Below, one piece after another: positions 15,188 through 20,329 of a stretch of DNA of 20,329 bases. This stretch comes from a virus (Duplodnaviria > Heunggongvirae > Uroviricota > Caudoviricetes). A program made the translations under genes and the position numbers. Numbering within the stretch: the stretch's first letter is position 1; each line of letters opens with the position of its first letter. Where the stretch lies: IMG/VR virus record IMGVR_UViG_2537561946_000003, positions 1-20,329 of that record, one strand, 5' to 3'. The notes under the pieces are model-generated. The model searched no databases and had not been told where the DNA came from. It saw nothing but the letters and a program-made list of their open reading frames with translations.

Positions 15188-15864
15188 CACCGGACATTAT
15201 CCTGCAGCGTACCGGGATCGACGTGAGAGCTGTCGAACAGGGGGATGATGCGTGGCACAAATTACGGCTCGGCGTCATCACCGCTTCAGAAGTTCACAAT
15301 GTGATAGCAAAACCCCGCTCCGGAAAGAAATGGCCTGACATGAAAATGTCCTACTTCCACACCCTGCTTGCCGAGGTTTGCACCGGTGTGGCTCCGGAAG
15401 TTAACGCTAAGGCGCTGGCCTGGGGAAAACAGTACGAGAACGACGCCAGAGCCCTCTTTGAGTTCACTTCCGGCGTGAATGTTACTGAATCCCCGATCAT
15501 CTATCGCGACGAAAGTATGCGCACCGCCTGCTCTCCCGATGGTTTATGCAGTGACGGCAACGGCCTTGAACTGAAATGCCCGTTTACCTCCCGGGATTTC
15601 ATGAAATTCCGGCTCGGTGGTTTCGAGGCCATAAAGTCGGCTTACATGGCCCAGGTGCAGTACAGCATGTGGGTGACGCGAAAAGATGCCTGGTACTTTG
15701 CCAACTATGACCCGCGCATGAAGCGTGAAGGCCTGCATTATGTCGTGGTTGAGCGGGATGAAAATTACATGGCGAGTTTTGACGAGATGGTGCCGGAGTT
15801 CATCGAAAAAATGGACGAAGCACTGGCTGAAATTGGTTTTGTATTTGGGGAGCAATGGCGATGA
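15184..15864 (+). CDS. exo: Exo (lambda 5'-3' exonuclease, Red-alpha)
   Basis: 226 aa, [65 protein letters not shown]... matches lambda Exo. ATGA overlap with bet. Confidence 0.97.
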   Translation: MTPDIILQRTGIDVRAVEQGDDAWHKLRLGVITASEVHNVIAKPRSGKKWPDMKMSYFHTLLAEVCTGVAPEVNAKALAWGKQYENDARALFEFTSGVNVTESPIIYRDESMRTACSPDGLCSDGNGLELKCPFTSRDFMKFRLGGFEAIKSAYMAQVQYSMWVTRKDAWYFANYDPRMKREGLHYVVVERDENYMASFDEMVPEFIEKMDEALAEIGFVFGEQWR

Positions 15865-16043
15865 AGCATCCTCACGATAATATCCGGGTAGGCGCGATCA
15901 CTTTCGTCTACTCCGTTACAAAGCGAGGCTGGGTATTTCCCGGCCTTTCTGTTATCCGAAATCCCCTGAAAGCACAGCGGCTGGCTGAGGAGATAAATAA
16001 TAAACGGGGAGCTGTATGCACAAAGCATCTCCCGTTGAGTTAA
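15861..16043 (+). CDS. Small hypothetical protein, lambda orf60a-like (60 aa)
   Basis: ATG at 15861 overlapping the exo stop (ATGA). [60 protein letters not shown]. Same position and length as lambda orf60a as recalled. Confidence 0.6.
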   Translation: MKHPHDNIRVGAITFVYSVTKRGWVFPGLSVIRNPLKAQRLAEEINNKRGAVCTKHLPLS

Positions 16044-16284
16044 GAACGAGTATCGAGATGGCACATAGCCTCGCTCAAATTGGAGTCAGGTTTGTGCCAA
16101 TACCAGTAGAAACAGACGAAGAATTTCATACGTTAGCCGCATCCCTTTCACAAAAGCTAGGAAATGATGGTGGCGAAAGCAGAAGCAGATGAGAGAGACC
16201 AGGTATGACAACCACTGAATGCATTTTTCTGGCAGCGGGCTTCATATTCTGTGTGCTTATGCTTGCCGACATGGGACTTGTTCA

Positions 16285-16500
16285 ATGACACCTCAGCAAG
16301 AAAACGCCCTTCGCAGTATTGCCCGTCAGGTTAATTATGAAATCAAAAAAGCCAGACAGCAGTTTCCGGATAAAAACGTCGATGACATTTGCCGTAGCGT
16401 ACTGAAGAAGCACCGCGAAACGGTAACGCTGATGGGATTCACACCGACTCATTTAAGTCTGGCGATCGGTATGTTAAACGGCGTCTTTAAGGAACGGTGA
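16285..16500 (+). CDS. Hypothetical protein, 71 aa
   Basis: ATG at 16285 (MTPQQENALRSIARQVNYEIKKARQQFPDKNVDDICRSVLKKHRETVTLMGFTPTHLSLAIGMLNGVFKER). ATGA overlap with an upstream 27-codon mini-ORF (16205..16288). The ORF-track frame starts at 16219. Confidence 0.4.
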   Translation: MTPQQENALRSIARQVNYEIKKARQQFPDKNVDDICRSVLKKHRETVTLMGFTPTHLSLAIGMLNGVFKER

Positions 16501-16598
16501 ACATGAAAAGCAAAATCATCAGGGAACTACAGGCTCCTTTTTTATTATTCGCATTCACCCTCAAGCGTATTAACCAACAATTCAGGGATTAATGAAAG

Positions 16599-16820
16599 AT
16601 GGCGGACATCATTGATTCAGCATCAGAAATTGAAGAATTACAGCGCAATACAGCAATAAAAATGCGTCGTCTGAACTACCAGACTATATCCGCCACTCAT
16701 TGTTGTGAGTGTGGCGATCCCATAGATGAACGAAGACGTCTGGTCGTTCAGGGTTGTCGGACTTGTGCAAGTTGCCAAGAGGATCTGGAGCTTATCAGTA
16801 AACAGAGAGGTTCGAAGTGA
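16599..16820 (+). CDS. TraR/DksA-family C4 zinc-finger protein (lambda Orf73-like)
   Basis: 73 aa with CCECGDPIDERRR...CRTCASC, i.e. CxxC-(17)-CxxC as in TraR/DksA-type zinc fingers. Same length as lambda Orf73. Confidence 0.75.
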   Translation: MADIIDSASEIEELQRNTAIKMRRLNYQTISATHCCECGDPIDERRRLVVQGCRTCASCQEDLELISKQRGSK

Positions 16821-17188
16821 GCGAAATTAACTCTCAGGCACTGCGTGAGGCGGCAGAGCAGGCAATGCATGACGACTGGGGATTTGACGCAGACCTTTTC
16901 CATGAATTGGTAACACCATCGATTGTGCTGGAACTGCTGGATGAACGGGAAAGAAACCAGCAATACATCAAACGCCGCGACCAGGAGAACGAGGATATTG
17001 CGCTAACGGTAGGGAAGCTGCGTGTTGAGCTGGAAGGCAAAGACAGGCGCATTACTGAGGTGACAATGTGGATTAAGCGACTGAGTTCCTCTCTCAAAAA
17101 CGCCAAACCAGACAGCAAGTTGCCGGATGACGCCATGATCTGGCTAAATAATGAAGGACTTACCAGTATAGAGGATATTTTACGATGA
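16817..17188 (+). CDS. Ead/Ea22-like family protein
   Basis: GTG start overlapping the upstream stop (GTGA) with GAGAGG Shine-Dalgarno. MSEINSQALREAAEQAMHDDWGFD... resembles the conserved N-terminus of Ead/Ea22-like prophage proteins as recalled. Confidence 0.55.
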   Translation: MSEINSQALREAAEQAMHDDWGFDADLFHELVTPSIVLELLDERERNQQYIKRRDQENEDIALTVGKLRVELEGKDRRITEVTMWIKRLSSSLKNAKPDSKLPDDAMIWLNNEGLTSIEDILR

Positions 17189-17880
17189 GCACTTTTACCA
17201 AAGAATGGCTACAAAATACGATTACCAGTATTGAGTCAGCACGAGATGAAATGCCATTCGGACTCGACAACGATCAAGCACACATGCTTACAGCATTTAA
17301 AATCGCTCTCGCCTCACTGGAACGCGAACAGATTCGCCACGAGCATGCCAAATGGTCTGACTCCACATTTGGCTGCGTTGGCCCCATTGGTCCACTGAAA
17401 CACCTCTCAAAAGAGGCACTGGAAGCCGCAGCCGAACCAGACGATCTTAGCGAGTGGGCTGATATGCAGTTTCTGTTGTGGGATGCACAGCGCCGTGCTG
17501 GCATCAGCGATGCTGAAATTACCGCTGCTATGGAAGATAAATTGAAGATCAACATGAAGCGCCAGTGGCCTGAACCAAAAGATGGTGAGCCTCGCTTGCA
17601 CATTAAAGAACCCGACAACTCTCCGCTAACTCCGGATGGTTGGGTTATAGTGCCGAAGAAACTAACCGCTGAGAACGGCGCTAAGGGTGTGCTATCCGGT
17701 GAATTTTCAGAAACTACGTTTATAAGCTGCCCGGAATGCTTTGGTGATGATGATTGCGAAACTTGTGACTGCAGCGGGAGAATCGAAATCAAGGTTACAG
17801 TCAGTTGGACAACTATCAAAACTATTTGGGCTAAAGGGTGTGAGCACTTTTCAATAGTAGCACCGCAGCAAGATGGGTGA
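17185..17880 (+). CDS. DUF550-type (MazG-like nucleotide pyrophosphohydrolase fold) protein with Cys-rich C-terminal domain (possibly DUF551)
   Basis: 231 aa. ATGA overlap with the upstream gene. N-terminal part (...EREQIRHEHAKWSDSTFGCVGPIGPLKHLSKEALEAAAEPDDLSEWADMQFLLWD...) resembles DUF550 as recalled. C-terminus has CPECFGDDDCETCDCSG. Family assignment from memory only. Confidence 0.5.
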   Translation: MSTFTKEWLQNTITSIESARDEMPFGLDNDQAHMLTAFKIALASLEREQIRHEHAKWSDSTFGCVGPIGPLKHLSKEALEAAAEPDDLSEWADMQFLLWDAQRRAGISDAEITAAMEDKLKINMKRQWPEPKDGEPRLHIKEPDNSPLTPDGWVIVPKKLTAENGAKGVLSGEFSETTFISCPECFGDDDCETCDCSGRIEIKVTVSWTTIKTIWAKGCEHFSIVAPQQDG

Positions 17881-17945
17881 TGAAAACAAGTATTTATAAC
17901 TTAAAAGCATTAAAAAATCGCTTATAGATCAAAAGAAATCTACGT

Positions 17946-17976
17946 CAAATATCACTATATTTCAATGTGTTATAAT
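17946..17976 (+). promoter_or_regulatory. Candidate internal promoter with extended -10 (TGtTATAAT)
   Basis: Perfect TATAAT at 17971..17976 preceded by TG at 17968..17969. AT-rich upstream region; weak -35. Lies 30 nt upstream of the RBS of the 18007 ORF. Confidence 0.35.
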
Positions 17977-18006
17977 TACCCCGTCCATAAAATGGGGAGA
18001 CACAAA

Positions 18007-18249
18007 ATGTTCAAACGCTGCATCACCAAGTGTGGAAGCACACCTGACATTCAAGCTTTTATTAATGAAGATGGTAAGCTTGTTGTTGAGAGGAGTGGTC
18101 CTTTTATTAGCAAACAACTTATCATTACCTCTCCAGCGGAGATGGCAGGGGAATGGATAGTTTCTGAACCAGAGGAGTGGCACATCCCGCTTCCTTATGG
18201 CCCTCAGGGACTGATTTATAACCGTTATGTTCAGAAGGAGGCGGGTTGA
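18007..18249 (+). CDS. Hypothetical protein, 80 aa
   Basis: ATG at 18007 with GGGGAGA Shine-Dalgarno: MFKRCITKCGSTPDIQAFINEDGKLVVERSGPFISKQLIITSPAEMAGEWIVSEPEEWHIPLPYGPQGLIYNRYVQKEAG. The ORF-track frame begins at 17965. No family recognised. Confidence 0.45.
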   Translation: MFKRCITKCGSTPDIQAFINEDGKLVVERSGPFISKQLIITSPAEMAGEWIVSEPEEWHIPLPYGPQGLIYNRYVQKEAG

Positions 18250-18528
18250 CAATGTCAGGCATAACATCGCCGAGAAATCGAAAGAAAAACAGAACAAGGT
18301 AAACGTTGACCTTGCAGCATCAGGCATGGAGTACAGAGAGCGCCTTAACATACCTGTTATCACTGAGCAGGTAGCATGAGAGCAACCTGAGCACTCACGC
18401 GAGTATTTCATGGAGCGCATCAGATACTATCGCGAGCAGTCGTTAAACATGCCCAAGGGAAGCAACCCATGGTATATCGAGATGGATGAACAGAACGCCA
18501 AGAAGTAAACGCAATTTGAACGAATGCG

Positions 18529-18554
18529 AACCCGCCGAGTGCGGGTTTTCTTTT
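18529..18554 (+). terminator. Intrinsic terminator within the early-left operon
   Basis: aacccgc-cgagt-gcgggtt hairpin followed by ttctttt. Confidence 0.55.
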
Positions 18555-18597
18555 ACCTGAACTCGCTACGGCGAGTTTTGTTTTATGGAGACAAGAA

Positions 18598-18942
18598 ATG
18601 TCAGATTTGGCTATGAAGGTTTTGAAATGGCAATCGACTGGCGATGTTGGCATCAGTAGCGCAACTCTTGCCTCAATCGCATGTGGACTGAAAAAGAATA
18701 TCTATGGTCATAGCTTCGGTGCTCCACATGACGCAGCCGATTTCAGACGATGCGTTGCACTTGTTGAGCAGATTCCAGAAATCAGAGATTCATTCAACAA
18801 GGTTGCAAAGCGCGTTCCGGCATTCAAAGGAATCCTCAACGAATGGGATTCCCTCGTTGCTCTGTTGAAGTCTGAAATGAAGATACACGGAAACAAAGCA
18901 CCAGAGACTTACAGAAGAATCAGCGAGCTACGCAAGGACTAA
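18598..18942 (+). CDS. Hypothetical protein, 114 aa
   Basis: ATG at 18598 with GGAGA Shine-Dalgarno: MSDLAMKVLKWQSTGDVGISSATLASIACGLKKNIYGHSFGAPHDAADFRRCVALVEQIPEIRDSFNKVAKRVPAFKGILNEWDSLVALLKSEMKIHGNKAPETYRRISELRKD. No family recognised. Confidence 0.5.
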   Translation: MSDLAMKVLKWQSTGDVGISSATLASIACGLKKNIYGHSFGAPHDAADFRRCVALVEQIPEIRDSFNKVAKRVPAFKGILNEWDSLVALLKSEMKIHGNKAPETYRRISELRKD

Positions 18943-19059
18943 CCATGAAATAACACCGCCTCACACTCGATGAGGCCTGTTCATTGCTCAATGATATCCA
19001 GACCTACCATCGCCGCATCAATGCGGCTTTTTCTTGCGTGTAATTGCGGAGACTTTGCG

Positions 19060-19278
19060 ATGTACTTAACACTTCAGGAGTGGAACGCTCGCCAGCGACG
19101 CCCAAGAAGCCTTGAAACAGTTCGTCGATGGGTGCGCGAATGCAGGATATTCCCTCCTCCTGTTAAGGATGGAAGAGAGTATCTGTTCCACGAATCAGCG
19201 GTAAAGGTTGACTTAAATCGACCAGTAACAGGTAGCCTTTTGAAGAGGATCAGAAATGGGAAGAAGGCGAAGTCATGA
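19060..19278 (+). CDS. xis: Excisionase Xis
   Basis: ATG at 19060 gives MYLTLQEWNARQRRPRSLETVRRWVRECRIFPPPVKDGREYLFHESAVKVDLNRPVTGSLLKRIRNGKKAKS, 72 aa, matching lambda Xis. 3' end overlaps the int start as in lambda. The ORF-track frame starts earlier at 18970. Confidence 0.9.
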   Translation: MYLTLQEWNARQRRPRSLETVRRWVRECRIFPPPVKDGREYLFHESAVKVDLNRPVTGSLLKRIRNGKKAKS

Positions 19279-20329
19279 GCGCCGGGATTTACCCCCTAAC
19301 CTTTATATAAGAAACAATGGATATTACTGCTACAGGGACCCAAGGACGGGTAAAGAGTTCGGATTAGGCCGAGACAGGAGGATAGCAATCACTGAAGCAA
19401 TACAGGCCAATATTGAGTTGCTATCCGGGAGCAGGCGTGAGTCACTGATAGACAGAATTAAAGGCGCTGACGCAATCACTCTTCATGCGTGGCTTGACCG
19501 ATATGAAACAATCCTCAGCGAGAGGGGTATCAGGCCGAAAACTCTACTCGACTACGCCAGCAAAATCAGGGCAATCCGAAGAAAATTGCCGGACAAACCG
19601 CTCGCTGACATATCAACGAAAGAGGTGGCAGCAATGCTAAACACCTACGTAGCAGAAGGTAAAACGGCTTCCGCAAAATTAATCAGGTCAACCCTTGTTG
19701 ACGTTTTTCGTGAGGCAATAGCCGAGGGGCATGTGGCTACGAATCCGGTAACAGCAACCCGCACAGCAAAGTCAGAAGTAAGGCGCTCAAGGCTGACAGC
19801 TAATGAGTATGTCGCGATTCACCATGCAGCCGAACCTCTCCCAATCTGGCTGAGGCTTGCGATGGATTTGGCCGTCGTTACAGGTCAGAGAGTCGGCGAT
19901 TTGTGCAAAATGAAATGGTCAGACATAAACGACAACCATCTTCACATTGAACAGGGTAAAACAGGGGCTAAGCTCGCCATTCCGCTGACGCTAACGATTG
20001 ACGCGCTCAATATCTCATTGGCTGATATACTACAGAAATGCAGGGAGGCCAGCGGCAGTGACACTATAATTGCATCAACGCATCACGAACCACTTTCCCC
20101 GAAAACAGTATCGAAGTATTTTACAAAGGCGAGAAATGCATCTGGACTCTCATTTGATGGAGACCCGCCAACATTCCATGAACTGCGTAGCCTGTCGGCG
20201 AGACTATACCGCAATCAGATTGGCGATAAGTTTGCTCAACGTCTTCTCGGACATAAATCAGATTCAATGGCGGCGCGGTATAGGGACAGCCGAGGGAGAG
20301 AATGGGACAAAATTGAAATCAACAAATGA
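19256..20329 (+). CDS. int: Tyrosine integrase Int (lambda family)
   Basis: 357 aa, MGRRRSHERRDLPPNLYIRNNGYYCYRDPRTGKEFGLGRDRRIAITEAIQANIEL..., with the conserved C-terminal catalytic region (...HELRSLSARLY...LLGHKSDSMAARYRD...), closely related to lambda Int. The window ends at its stop codon. Confidence 0.97.
   Translation: MGRRRSHERRDLPPNLYIRNNGYYCYRDPRTGKEFGLGRDRRIAITEAIQANIELLSGSRRESLIDRIKGADAITLHAWLDRYETILSERGIRPKTLLDYASKIRAIRRKLPDKPLADISTKEVAAMLNTYVAEGKTASAKLIRSTLVDVFREAIAEGHVATNPVTATRTAKSEVRRSRLTANEYVAIHHAAEPLPIWLRLAMDLAVVTGQRVGDLCKMKWSDINDNHLHIEQGKTGAKLAIPLTLTIDALNISLADILQKCREASGSDTIIASTHHEPLSPKTVSKYFTKARNASGLSFDGDPPTFHELRSLSARLYRNQIGDKFAQRLLGHKSDSMAARYRDSRGREWDKIEINK

Noticed and set aside
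17274-17819. 181-aa minus-strand ORF inside the DUF550-like gene
   Set aside because: Antisense shadow ORF with Ser-rich low-complexity translation and no start signals.
17962-18420. 152-aa minus-strand ORF opposite the 80-aa gene
   Set aside because: Overlaps the candidate promoter and the plus-strand ORF. Cys/Ser/Leu-rich, no RBS, and against the polarity of the pL operon.
20250-20329. attP/attL core downstream of int
   Set aside because: The window ends exactly at the int stop codon. In lambda the core lies beyond this point, so it cannot be assessed here.
1-20329. CRISPR arrays, rRNA genes or insertion sequences
   Set aside because: No regularly spaced direct repeats, no transposase-like ORFs and no terminal inverted repeats were seen. 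The only tandem repeats are the ori-lambda iterons and the operator sites.

Overview
This 20.3-kb window is a large part of a lambdoid enterobacterial prophage (a lambda / phage 21 / P22 mosaic), lying in reverse orientation to the conventional lambda map. Left to right: the 5' part of terminase small subunit nu1 (minus strand, cut by the window edge), an intact cos site, a Rha-family gene, the minus-strand lysis cassette (Rz/Rz1 spanins, SAR endolysin, S21-type pinholin), an AT-rich accessory insertion (a polytopic membrane-protein moron plus about 0.8 kb of structured non-coding DNA), lambda-type Q, a nin region (NinH, RusA, YbcO-like, Rha/KilAC antirepressor, NinF, NinX-like, NinE, NinB), Ren, P, O with the ori-lambda iterons, a CII-like activator, P22-type Cro and C2 repressor around a three-operator OR, OL/pL, a phage-21-type N with nutL, two unrecognised early-left ORFs, lambda-type ea10-cIII-kil-gam-bet-exo, a divergent exo-to-xis accessory block, then xis and int. 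The window ends at the int stop codon, so attP/attL is not visible. All identifications rest on my recall of reference protein sequences and on signals visible in the sequence (overlapping start/stop codons, ribosome-binding sites, hairpin-plus-T-run terminators); no database search or computation was run. The best candidates for undescribed biology are the membrane-protein moron between Q and the holin, and the two ORFs between N and ea10.
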